From Massalongia carnosa (Eukaryota): a DNA stretch of 64,000 nucleotides. Below the pieces are notes generated by a model. The model saw only the letters and a program-made list of their open reading frames with translations. It was not told the origin of the DNA and did no database searches. The position numbers were made by a program, and so were the translations under genes. Every line of letters begins with the position of its first letter. Position 1 is the stretch's first letter. This document shows positions 1 to 11,730 of this stretch, piece after piece. The DNA lies in NCBI GenBank assembly GCA_965645245.1, contig OZ287072.1, forward strand, positions 868,001-932,000, in the 5' to 3' direction.

Positions 1-2524
1 TCCTGTCGGGTCCGCATCCTCCATTACATCACCGCCGTTCGCGTTCTGATACTTGACATATGTAAGGCCCAAGGGGCGTCCGCCATATTGATAGCCAGTA
101 AATTTAGCTAAGGTTACATTAGCACTTTCCCAACACAAAAGCACGACAAAAGCCACCTACCAATTGCAGTCTCCGCATTCTCTGGAGTATCAAACTGCAC
201 CACCCCAGTACCACGGGAGCGTCCGTTGGGTTCGTATTGTATCTCGGCACGCTCGACCTTTCCAATCGTGGTGAAGAGCTCGACCAAGTCTTCATTACTT
301 GTGGACCACGGCAACTAGAACCATTAGTAAACATCCGCACATCAACAGCAAGAACACTTACATTTCGGACATAAATGATCTCGCTGCGCTCCCCTCCAGA
401 TGAGGCGTAATCGGTGAAAGGATTTGGTGGAGCAGCAACGCTAGTGGGAACAGGCGTAGAATCATAGCCGGCCACAGCACCACTGTAAGCAGCACCACCT
501 CCGAAGCCTCCACGACCACCGAAACCACCCCCGAAAGATCCACGGCCACCAAACCCGCCTCTACCACCAAAGCCTCCGCGGGCGCCAATGCCAGCTCCAT
601 AGCCACCGCGACCTCCGTACCCAGCGCTTGGAGCTCCTGCAAAACGATCCTCGCGGACCTCTAGCATGCGGCCTTGCCAGTCGTAGCCGTTGAATTGGGC
701 AATGGCATTACGCGCATCGTCAGGGCTTTCAAATGCGACAACTCCGGAACCCTTTGGACGACCATCGTGGCCTATATGAACATCGGCTCTGATAACGGCA
801 CCCTGTTGGGCTGCAAACTCAATCTGTCAATATGCATTCGTACTTTCCTAGGATGGATAGTGTTTGAAAGTACGTACCGGCTTGACGGAATAAGTCCTTG
901 AGATCTTGCCAGCCAACGTTATATGGCAACTAGCACCGCCGAGGTTATTATAGTAGCCCAGGGAGACGTAGAAAAGAGCAGATTTGACAAACGTTGTTGA
1001 TGAAGATTTGACGCCCTCCACCGGAGGGAGGACCGCCTCCACCTCCAGGTCCATATCCACCGGCGCTAATGCCGCCTCGGATTGGCCCTGCTTCATAACC
1101 TCCACGAGCGGGCGGTGGTCCAGTAAAGCGAGGCTCCGCTTCGCGATCCTAAAGACGATGAGTTAGCTTTGAAGGGCTTTCTCCTATTGTAGAGCCAGAA
1201 GGACAACCGAGGCTCGCAAAGGATCGGGGGAGTTACCTCTCGAACATAGACGAGTCTGCCCATAAGGTTTTGATTACTGAGGGTGTTGACTGCCTGCTGG
1301 GCTTGCTCCCTAGTGGCGTATTCCACAATCCTGCGTCCTGTTAATTTATCCCAAAAGAAAAGGTCGCTCATAAAGCACTCACCCGCATCCCTACATAACC
1401 CGCGGACAAGGTCCCCACCCGTCAATCCAACGTCCAACAACCAAAAGAAAACCAAAAAGACCAGCCATATCTACATATAGGCGCCCACCTTCGACATTCC
1501 ATTCGGAAGTAACAACACATCGGCAAAGAGGACCTCCCCCGCTGCAGCATTGTGTCAGTAGAAGATAAGCATGAGGGGGAGGTCATAAAGGTTGGGTATT
1601 ACCTTGCCTCATGAAATCTTTTAAGTGATGCCATTTCACATCGTAGGAGAGATTGCCAACGTAGACACGACGTTCCTGCTGCGAGGATTCTCGAACTGAA
1701 GCCATCATCTGCTCCTTCGCCTGGGCGCGCTCTTCGAAACTTCGTGCTGGAGGTGCTACCCCGCCTCGACCGTAGCTTGAACCGGAGTAGCCTCCAGGTG
1801 CACCTGTCATGGGGGATCGAGAACGATGATCGCTCCTACGATAATCTTCACGGCTTCGGGAACGGCTCCTAGGAGAATAAGAACGGCGACTACGCCGTGG
1901 GCTTCGAGAACGGCGCCTAGGTGATCGAGATCTCTCGCGCTTGAGCGAAGGGTCAGTTATAGATTGGGCCATCAAAGCTTTTTCGCTAATCAAGGAAAAC
2001 GTGAAAATCACGCGCGTGAATAAACGGCTGTTGGCGGTTTCAGATCTTTTAATCAAGGGAATGGAGACTTAATAGTTAAGCGCTGTGACTTTGAGTTTTT
2101 GGAAAGAGTATTATGATGGTTAACGCGTGTGCGCGGGACTAGCCGGGAAATTTTCACCAGGGACACCCAGTAACAGCGCCATTAACATCACCACCACTAC
2201 CACCAGCAGTAGTAGTATCACTGAGCATGTGGGAAAAGCAAAACTGATATAGGGGAAATTTGTGTACTTACCGCACTTGGACGATATACGTCTGCTGAAT
2301 CTAGAGCTATGGATGTGAGCGTTTAATCATCTTTGGAAATCTTTGCATTTAAATAAAAACCGACGGAATGCTTCCCGACGGTCGCCTCAGATCAGGAGGC
2401 AGAGTGATGATAGGAGCATGTACGCAGTCCGGCGGCGCGTAGGATGGAACTAGCTTAGTCCAGAGAAGCATGGGAAAGGGAAAAGAAAAAAAGGGAAAGA
2501 TGGAAAGGAAGGTGACCGACCCAT
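1..2524 (-). CDS. GBP2: SR-like triple-RRM mRNA-binding/export protein (Gbp2/Hrb1/SnxA family); 3' end lies beyond the left edge
   Basis: Spliced model: ATGG (2524-2521) | 2294-2272 | 1940-1603 | 1541-~1489 | microexon 1390-1383 | further exons. It gives [22 protein letters not shown]... RS repeats, RRM1 ([26 protein letters not shown]...KGCGIVEY), RRM2 ([18 protein letters not shown]...GSGVVAFES), an RGG tract and RRM3 ([19 protein letters not shown]...RGTGVVQF). The two 5' exons are inferred from GT/AG sites and frame. Confidence 0.9.
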
Positions 2525-5384
2525 ATTGCTGCTCTGCTGATTATTGCGTTTACCGAGGAATAATGATTTAGGACAGACACACTGTGACTGTGACTGATCT
2601 CGTGCACGACAGAATACACACGATGGCGAAATGTAGAGCAGGGATTAAGCCGCGAAAAGGGAACGATATCTGCCACTATTGAGTCGACAAGAAAGCTTTC
2701 GGATCGAGAGACAAATTCAATAATAATACCCCAACCACTCAAAAGTGTCCAAATGGCCGAAGACCTCTCGACGAAGCGTTTCAACAACAAACAGGAGATT
2801 GATGGGGTGTGTGGGGTGTGGGGCTACAGTGTGAGTTGCCTAGTTTTGCCTTGCGGTGGTTTCCGGTTGAATAAGTTCTCTTTATTTCTTGCGTGTGGGA
2901 GACTAAAGGCCTATTTGCGTTACCAGGTCAGCCTCAGTGTTACAAGTGCAGGAAGGCTTTTGGCTGCGGGTCGCCCTGGTTCCTTCCTGGTTCTCCTCCT
3001 AGTCTTTCCGGGCGAGGGCTTGCACAGATTGGAGGGAGAATATTCTTGCCTCAAAAATCCAACAGATTGGCTGATGGAGAACCGTTTGGGTGAGTCAATG
3101 GAGTAGGGGCCGTGCGGTTGTACAGAAATGCCACGAACCAATCGCCAAGAGAACTTAGCACCGAAGCGGCAAGGCAAGAGCAGGGCGATCAAGGATGAAG
3201 AGTGACAGTGTGATACAGTTGAGCATCAGACAGCTGTGGGAGGTGTGTGCAAGCACTGGTAGTGAGAATTTACCTTCTGGTTCAAAAAAATTCCAGTCGA
3301 AGCTAACCCAGCTTGCAATAGCGTTACACGAAGCGAAGGGGGGGTTTGCTCAAAACGGGAGTTTGTGGCGCTCAACATCCACGTTCAATTCGCAGAAGCA
3401 GCCACGGGCATACCCATGGTGTCAATATTGCCGTTTTAATCTGATACCGACTGTACGAAACTGATCATCGTCATCAATATGCAAGAAAACGTTCACGGCA
3501 GACCACACACCGATTTGAGCCTTCCTCTCGTATCCTGTCCGGAATAACCTGGGGAGAGGATTTCAGCGTCTCGTATACACTTTTATAAGATTACACCAAT
3601 GCCGTTGAAATTTTGACATCGTCTGGAATATCCCAATACACTATTTCAACAACGTAAAATGCTTTGGAGAATGCCCTTATCACTCAAAACATAAGAAGAA
3701 CGGAGGAGGGAGGATGGGAGCGGGAGATTGCCTGCAATACACCCACCAGCGAATGACAGCGCTCAACACCCATATGATGATCCTTGGGCTGGTGAAAGCT
3801 GCAAAATCTAGAATTTAGCCATCCGACCTGTGGCTTGCGTGGCACGGTGAATCGGTAGTGAAAGCTTGACCCTTGAATTATGATGCTGAATGTTCGACTT
3901 ACTCTCGCACTACTGCATCTTCCGCGGGCCAGGATTTGGCGGCCTCTCATCTCCAGACCCATCCCCCCACCAAAGACTGTGCTGCCGATATATGCACTCA
4001 ACCGCCAACGGCTTACCCTCTTCAATTCTGCACGAGACTTCGGACTTCTTGGCTCTTTGGGTCTCATGGGTGATTTCCCACTGACAATTGGGTAACAATT
4101 GCTTCCAAGGCTGACAGCATTTACTTTGGGTTACAGTGACGAGCCACTAAAGCAATTCACGGGGATCCTTCTCCGTTTGTTTGATTGCATGGTTGCTCTG
4201 GTGTGGTCGAAACGTTTCGTTAGTTCATCTTCTTCCATCCTTTGGCAGTCCATCACACGGACCAGCGATTCCGTTGCTAATCCATCAAGCAGGGACAGCG
4301 GATCGCAGGAGGTGGACAATCACGTTATGAGGAGATGGATGCGGGTCATCGATGTCTCTCACAAGTGTCCATCGATAAGCCAATCACATGTTGCAAGAGG
4401 ACCTTCTTTTCCGATAGGGCTGTCCTCAAACTCAAATATTGCTTTCAGTTCGCCGGCATCATGCATTAACTTCAGCCGCGGCCATAGCGAAGACACTTTG
4501 ATTGCCTATACCTCATGCTTAAAGGGTTAGCGTCTACTCCAGGAAAAACGCCTTGTACTCTCTTGAGTGAGAGACCTGGAGAAGATCACCCAATATTCTT
4601 GTTCCGTCGACTGTATTGCAACCTAATCCTATCAATTAAGGCATAAATATGCGACCACTGTACTACATAGGCACGGAGGTACTCTGTTTGAGTGATGATC
4701 AGGGCAAAGAACCTAGCCTACTAGGGCTACCTATGTTACCTATTCTTTATGAAGCTAGTTATCGGCTAATTCGCAATTACCGGCGGATCCCGTCTTGGCG
4801 TTTTGCATCTTAGCCCATGACCTTCTACTCCTACGCGGGTGAAAAAAAAAAAGTAACGTGGGCCGGAATTATTTCATTCATATACTATCCAGAGACTTCT
4901 GGCACTCTGCCACCTATTTTCTGTGCATTGGGTCCCATCTATCCCTCCTATTTAAACACTTATTATTACTATTGCCGGGAACTATCACGGTGCGAGGTCA
5001 AGTAGGTAATTCAGGTGGTGCAAACGTATTACTTGATTATCTAGCTAGGTGGACAAGACGTTCGACAAGGAGAAAAGAAACAGAAAATCAACCTAGGACA
5101 AGTATAAGACTGACGAGTAGAACTGGTCCTGATTCGGCTGTTGATCCTATTTCCACTCAAGTTCCTGTCATGACACTATTGACAAATAGAGTTAAATGGT
5201 ATATCAGGTGTGTTCTATTGAGATCTGTCTACATACATGGCTATTATATACTGCCTAGCGCGCCAAGGCTCGCAGGGCTACGCTACACCCGCAAAGGGGT
5301 TGGAGGATAATTTAACAAATAGAGCACTTACGGTTGCCCTAGATAGTCCGATTGACAGATGTCCGGTCATTTCATGACAGGAAA

Positions 5385-6135
5385 CCTAGTAAAATATAAT
5401 ATCTGATTTGAAATTGAACTCAACTGCGGCTCAGCAATGCATTCGTTTTCGGATCTTTTCAAATAAAGGATGATGCTGAACACAATCTTACCGATATCGA
5501 GTATTAGGTAGACGAAGTATTCACAATTGATCTTCGAGATCATGTTTGAAGTGCACTTCTTCATTGAATCGAACTCGATGTCAGTCTTTGATGTGAAATA
5601 TGTTGCTTTCATCATTGAAGCATATTCAACTCTCCGTTCTATAGAAGTCTTATCAAGTCATTCTTTTACGCAGATCAGGCATTTTTCATAAATTAAAGCC
5701 TTTCGAAGAACGTTATACATACATGATTCGATTTATCACTTCAGCTTCTATTTTCGTTGCAATTTGTTCTCAAGAATATCTCTTTTCTTCGAGCTTTAAA
5801 TCGCTTTGTTGTAAAATTGATCAGCCTCTCGCATCTGTTATTCAGTAACTTTTGATTTGCGACCTCGAATGTCATTTATTTCTGAAATATGATATCGCTT
5901 TCGTTGCCGATGCTTCCTCTTTCAGCATTTTATATCCTGCTCTTTCGAATCTGACATCAAATGCTTTGAAAATATCTCGCACATCATGTGAAATATCTTT
6001 AGCAGAAAGATATAGAGGCGCGCCTTGAACTTTGACCTTCGGAGGAGTATCATAATGAGCAGCGCCCCGTTTAGAAGGCATGAAAAAATGTGTTTTCGGT
6101 GGTGTCAGGGGTGCATATTTTTTTCCACCCGCGTG
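5385..6135 (-). mobile_element. Degenerate, 3'-truncated Tc1/mariner (DDE) transposon relic
   Basis: ORF 6081-5872 (HYDTPPKVKVQGA...DIFKAFDV) resembles N-termini of fungal Tc1-like transposases. Reading on through stops and frameshifts gives D*HRVRFNEEVHF...QL*ILR.PNTRYR*DCVQ...RMHC*AAVEFNFKSDIIFY, matching the W.RVRFSDE.HF...WAAVG.NFKS pattern. The region is AT-rich, with a TIR-like end (CACGCGGGTGGAAAAAAA on the minus strand) at ~6135-6118. Confidence 0.8.
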
Positions 6136-6311
6136 ACTCCACCCGGCGACTTTAGTTCACCTGGGAGAATAGTTTTTAATTACATACCTTGTACAGAGTA
6201 ATAGGTATCTAAATACGGAGTAAGTACCTAACAATGTACTCAAGTACCCAAGTACCTAAGTACCTATCTACAACACCTATCCTCCCTTTGCAAATGGGCC
6301 CCATACGGGCA

Positions 6312-7209
6312 ATGGCAAGCTCTAGCAAAGCTTTATACCTTCGGTCCGCCCTTCCCCTCTATCCAGCCCTACGCCATCCGCCCTTCTCATCACCCCGCAG
6401 CCTTTCCCTTGCCCGACTCTTCCACTCCCATGAAGCCCACGATTCCCACAATCCCCCACCGCCTCCCTTCCCTCCCGCCGAAACCGCCATCCTCTCCGCT
6501 GCCCTTACCCATGTGCCTACTCATGGCTTCACCACCGCAGCGCTGTCTCACGGCGCCCGAGATGCGGGATACCTAGATGTGTCGGTGAACCTGTTTCCCG
6601 CCGGGGCGGTCGCGCTCGTCAACTACCACCTAGTCACGCAGCGACTTGCACTAGCTCAACATCACCGCTGCGGCCGCGGGGAGGCCGAGTTGTCGCGGAG
6701 CATGATGAACGCAGAAGTGAGGAGGCTGGCCTGGACGCGGTTACAGGCAAATACTCCGATCATCCATCGCTGGCAGGAGGTGCGTCTGTCAATTCTCGTA
6801 GAATCCTTCCCCCAATCATCAAAACTGAGTTTTCCAACCGACTAACCCCCCCGCCAAAACCCTTCCACAACCAAAGGCCCTTGCCCTCCTTGCCATGCCC
6901 GCCTACATATCTTTCTCCGTCCGCGAACTCGCCCTCCTTGCCGACGAGATCCTCTTCCAAGCTGGCGACGCGGCAGTTGACTCCTCGTGGTACATACAGC
7001 GCGCGGGCCTGAGCGCTATCTACGCCAGCGCGGAGCTATTCATGACGCAGGATAGCTCCGGTGGGTTCGCGGCCACAGAGGAGTTTCTGGCGCGTCGGCT
7101 GGAGGGGGTGGAGAGGGCGCAGGCCTCGCTAGGGATGGTGGGTAGATGGGTCGGGATGCAGGCGGCTGGGGCGGTGAATGTGTTAAGAAGTAAGGGGGTA
7201 AGGATTTAA
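6312..7209 (+). CDS. COQ9: Ubiquinone biosynthesis protein COQ9
   Basis: Motifs ILSAALTHVPTHGF, RLQANTPIIHRWQEALALLAMP and ELALLADEILFQAGDAAVDSSWY..RAGLSAIYASAELFMTQDSS. Intron 6780-6876 (GTGCGT..CTAAC..AAG). The start may be 6294 or 6312. Confidence 0.93.
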
Positions 7210-7538
7210 AATTTGTGGAGAGAAGGGGGTAGAAGGGGGTAGACCTGAGGAGGTGGACTTAAGGGGGAGAGATCAGGAAGAGTGGGGGGATGGAGAACGG
7301 GACCAAGTTTTACAATTTGATACTTGGTACACAAGCCTTTTCTTTTAACAGGACTTTGGTTCCCTTCACCTGGAACTCTCATCGAGCGTGTTCCACCCTC
7401 TCCTAGCAGTATTGTAAATCGTTTGGGAAACAAAACTCCAGCGTTCTCTCGAGGGCAGTATATACACAGGCATCACGCGGGCGGCACCATCCGCATTATC
7501 CTTACCCTCCCTACCTCCCCCTTTATCGCCTCCATTCT

Positions 7539-9041
7539 CTACTCCATCCCTTCCCAAGGCATAATAACCTCGTTGGCAGTGCTATCTGCACCATGGTCAT
7601 CCTTCTCTATCGTCTTTTGCTCCATCTGACTCCGCACTGTGCGCTCCTTCACCTCCTGCCGCACAGCCATTGTCGCGTGGAGCAGCTTTGCACCAGCCTC
7701 CCACACACCCCGCAGCTTCCACCACGCCTTCGTGACCGGTTCGGCCATCAGCGCCGGGTCCGTCTGCTTGGTGCGCCATCGATCGAGCGACACGCACTCC
7801 AGCACCTTAAGCGTCACCTCGTCGGCCTCGATGCCCTGATCACGCATTTCGGCCAGCAAATCCGCCATACCGTCCAGGTCGTGGTACTGCGTCCACTTGA
7901 TGAAGAGCAGCTCGTTGTAGAGCGCCGGTGAGGCGCCTAACACGAACGAGATGGGGCCGAGCTGCTTGACCATTGGGAGCAGGTGGAGCGCATAAGGGGA
8001 AGTAGGGAACTCGCGCCGCAGCTGCCGCAGCGCGAGCACACAGTAATAGCTGTAGTTTTGCTGCAGCACCAAAAGAGGAGCCGAGGCTGGGAAGGTGTGG
8101 GTGGCGGTAAGATCTTCTCCCCTCTTACGGTGGCCACCCTTTTTCTTAGCGGTCTGCTTCGGGGTAGATTTTGGCTCCCCGGACCGAAGTCTGGCCTGAC
8201 GTCTCTTATTCTCCTTCTCATGCTCCTTAAACTTTTCGATAAGGCTGAAAACATCCGTTTCAAGCACTCGCCAGACCTCAAGGTCCGTGACACACTGCTC
8301 AAATTTGTGCGTCACCATCGCTGCATGCTCCCTGAGCAAGATATCGATATCAGTATATTCTTTCTCAAATGGGATCTCGCCCGGCTTGTCGTCTTTGAGG
8401 GATGCCATCGTAAAGAGCTTTGATTTTTTCTCCCTCACCAACGGGGAGTCCAACGCCCGTTCTACGGGGTTGTTCTTGAGCATTTCCTGCCACCTCGAAA
8501 CGGACGCAGCACGCTTTTCATCTATTAAATTTTGCTGCATGATGGCTTGCTCGAAGATGGAGCTGATGGATGTATCCACGTCAAAGTCTACTTCGTCAAA
8601 GGCATCATCGAAGTCCTCGTTAGGCTTCCGAGGAGCAGAAACTTCATTTTCTGCTACGCGAGCTATATCCTTGAAGATGCGCTCAAATACTTCTTCCTCA
8701 GCGGCGGTGAGGGTATTATTAGGAACCGAAGTTGCCGAATCGGGGTTATCGCGAGTACTGGGGTAGAATCGGACATATGACCGATCATGCTCGTTTGGGG
8801 AGGGAATGCCTTCAAAAGGAATGTCATTGTATGATGATATATCGGTAGGATTGGCGTTTTTGATAGGTGTTGCACAGAAGCTACGATGAGCTCTGCTTGC
8901 GTTGAAGATGAGTTTGCACCTCTTTTTCGAGGATATCTTGCACTGCAACGTTCGAGTCTGATAAAGGAATGGAACCAAAGAGCTGGACGAGGTGCCGAGA
9001 TAAATATTCCCTGCGTTCCATATATTTTTACCCACGGACAT
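7539..9041 (-). CDS. Mtf2/Nam1-like mitochondrial protein
   Basis: Single 500-aa ORF with a mitochondrial-type basic N-terminus (LVPFLYQTRTL). C-terminal block PTSPYALHLLPMVKQLGPISFVLGASPALYNELL..KW resembles the Mtf2 family. Confidence 0.7.
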   Translation of the reverse strand: MSVGKNIWNAGNIYLGTSSSSLVPFLYQTRTLQCKISSKKRCKLIFNASRAHRSFCATPIKNANPTDISSYNDIPFEGIPSPNEHDRSYVRFYPSTRDNPDSATSVPNNTLTAAEEEVFERIFKDIARVAENEVSAPRKPNEDFDDAFDEVDFDVDTSISSIFEQAIMQQNLIDEKRAASVSRWQEMLKNNPVERALDSPLVREKKSKLFTMASLKDDKPGEIPFEKEYTDIDILLREHAAMVTHKFEQCVTDLEVWRVLETDVFSLIEKFKEHEKENKRRQARLRSGEPKSTPKQTAKKKGGHRKRGEDLTATHTFPASAPLLVLQQNYSYYCVLALRQLRREFPTSPYALHLLPMVKQLGPISFVLGASPALYNELLFIKWTQYHDLDGMADLLAEMRDQGIEADEVTLKVLECVSLDRWRTKQTDPALMAEPVTKAWWKLRGVWEAGAKLLHATMAVRQEVKERTVRSQMEQKTIEKDDHGADSTANEVIMPWEGME

Positions 9042-9222
9042 TGGTGACTAAAAAACAAGTTGTAGGAAGCGAGATGTTGATGTTAGCAGCGCTTTTGAGA
9101 ATGATGCCGAAGATTTATTTCGAACGAGCTATCGAGGCCTCTGTACAGAGTATGTACGGCGGTTACCAACTAGTGTTTAAAAGTATTATTACATACTCTG
9201 TACGTATGGAGTACTAATACTG

Positions 9223-9280
9223 ACGCGTGACGGTAATCAAATTACTTCTTGTGTATTCTACGAGGTACTTATGTCACGTG
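9223..9280. promoter_or_regulatory. MCB box and GTCACGTG E-box in the MTF2/CMR1 bidirectional promoter
   Basis: ACGCGT at 9223-9228 and CACGTG at 9275-9280, within a 411-bp divergent intergenic region. Confidence 0.45.
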
Positions 9281-9452
9281 AAGAGAAACTGAGGCTATCC
9301 GCCAGGAACGCGCCTCCACGACGTTCATGTCTAAAAGAACATAATTCAAAAACTCGTGACTCGATTCATTTCAAAGCTTCAGAGTACTCTGTACATACTA
9401 AGGTAATGAAAGCTGTTTCCTCCGTCCCCACAATTGGTTTCAGCGAGCATAC

Positions 9453-11120
9453 ATGGCGCGCAAAGAGCCACTCGAACTCAGTGAATATGAAAAGCAGCGA
9501 CAGGCCAATATAGCACAACGAGACAGCCTGCTGAAGCAGCTTGCACTCGATGCTGCGTCCGCCGGGCTCGGCCCGAAATCATTTTCAAACCCTGCAAATA
9601 AAAGCGCTGGTACGCATAAGAAGAAGCCGGTAATCAAACGAGTTAAAGAAGAAATCTTACCGCGACGAACATCGTCTCGCCTTGCTGGCTTGACCGCCGA
9701 CAGTGAAGTCGCCAAGCGAAAAGCCGAGGATGAGTACGTTGCGGTGCAGGAAGCGGCGAGGGCAAAACGACAAAGGGTTTCTGGGGATCTGAACTTGAGC
9801 GATGTCGTCGTGGCGGGGAGGAGCTGGGACAAGAGCCAAAACTTCCTCATAGACGTAGTCTCGAGGGGCGCGAAACCGTATGACCGCACCTTTTGCGAGA
9901 CGGAAGTGAAGCAGACGACGGACAAGCATTTGAGGGCGTTGAGAGAGAAAATGAGCGGGCTGGAATTGTACGATGGCTTCGAACCAAACCGCATTAAAAT
10001 CACCCCCGAGCGCATCTATTCTATGGGCTTTCACCCAACCGTTGATAAACCTTTGGTATTTGCCGGCGACAAACTCGGTAACCTTGGCATTTTCGACGGC
10101 TCGCAATCAGCAGCGACGATCAAATTAGAGCGTGTCAAGTCCGAAGACCAAGACGAAGAAGACGGGGAAGAGGAGGACCCAGATCCAAATATCACCTCCT
10201 TTCACCTGCACACCCGCACCATCTCCTCCTTCCAGTTCTCCCCAGTAAACACCTCCCATCTCTACACCTCGTCCTATGATTCTTCTCTCCGGCTCCTTGA
10301 TCTCTCAAAATCTACCTCGACCGAAGTGTACGCCCCTCAAGCCCCCTCTCTGGACGAGCCTCTCTCGGGAATCGAAGTTGATCCCGCCTCTCCCCAGACC
10401 CTCTACTTCTCGCGCTTAGATGGCCATCTCGGCCGCATTGACGCCCGCTCCCCCGCGCACGCTGCTGATATATTTCAGCTTTCCGAGAAGAAGATTGGTG
10501 GGTTCTCGCTGCACCCGGGAAACCCGTACTTTGTCGCCACTGCCTCGCTGGATCGCTTCATGCGCGTGTGGGACTTGCGAAAACTCAGCGGCAAGGCCGG
10601 CACAGAGCAGTTGCCAGCGCTAGTGGGGGAACATGAGAGCAGGTTGAGCGTCAGTCACGCAGCGTTTAATGCCGCCGGGCAGATCGCAACGGCCAGCTAC
10701 GATGACACGGTGAAGCTTTACTCATTTGAGGGAATGGGTGCGTGGCCAGCGGGGAAGAAATTGGCGGAGAAGGAGATGAAACCGTCGGCAGTGATACGGC
10801 ATAACAACCAAACCGGCCGATGGGTCACTATGTAAGTGCACCTTCTCCACCCTTTCCTATTTCCTCTCTCTCATCTACTAAACACCCTCCTCATTCTTAG
10901 TCTCCGCCCCCAATGGCAGCTCCATCCCTCCTCCCCTGTACAGCGCTTCTGCATCGGCAACATGAACCGCTTCGTCGACATCTACGCCGCGTCCGGGGAG
11001 CAGCTGGCGCAGCTGGGCGACCCTAGCATCACCGCCGTGCCGGCCGTTGCGCAGTTTCATCCCAGCAACGATTGGGTGGCGGGCGGGACTGCGAGCGGGA
11101 AGCTATGTTTGTGGATGTGA
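9453..11120 (+). CDS. CMR1: DNA damage-binding WD40 protein CMR1 (WDR76)
   Basis: N-terminus [12 protein letters not shown]...RRTSSRLAG, then [11 protein letters not shown] repeats ([14 protein letters not shown]) and [16 protein letters not shown]. Intron 10832-10900; ends SGKLCLWM*. Confidence 0.93.
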
Positions 11121-11730
11121 GGATGAGGGTTGGAAGGTTGATTTAGGGGGGAGGGAGGGTTTTAGGGTTTATGGAATGGCGTTGGTTATATCTTGCGGTG
11201 TGGGCGACGATCTAGCGTTTGGATGAAAGTACCTACCTACATATATACTTAAATATCTACGAGAAGTCTCCCAAAACCAACCCCCCTCTCTTTCTTAATT
11301 TGACCACCCTTCAAATTCTTTTCTTTTTTCCTTCTAAATCAGTACCGCATTTTCTTTCTTGAATCCTTCTTCACCACCCATCGAATCCCCCGCTCTTTTA
11401 ACGTGGAGATATGGGTTACTAAACTACGTAATATTTGCATACATTGCTGCTCTGGGATTCTGCCCGACGGGAGGGAGTTGAGGACTCAAGCACGTAAAAT
11501 ATACGATTATCAATGAGGTTGTTAATAGAGGGATAGGCCAATTCTCGTTGAGTCCGTCCCTCAACGCTAACCATTTTCCCGCTAAGATTAATATGTTCAT
11601 GGACGACGTTGCGTTATTCATCATCTCCCTCCCTCTCTCCCTAATCGTTGGGTGATCGGAATTTTTTACAAAACTCACAAAGCAGCCGTTATTTTCCTCA
11701 ATTCGAGTCTCCTTTATTCCTCGCTGACCC

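Noticed and set aside
5431..5772. TGA at Trp positions read as an alternative genetic code or mitochondrial insertion
   Set aside because: Gly and Pro codons show the same GG->GA and CC->TC changes and frameshifts are present, so mutation explains it better.
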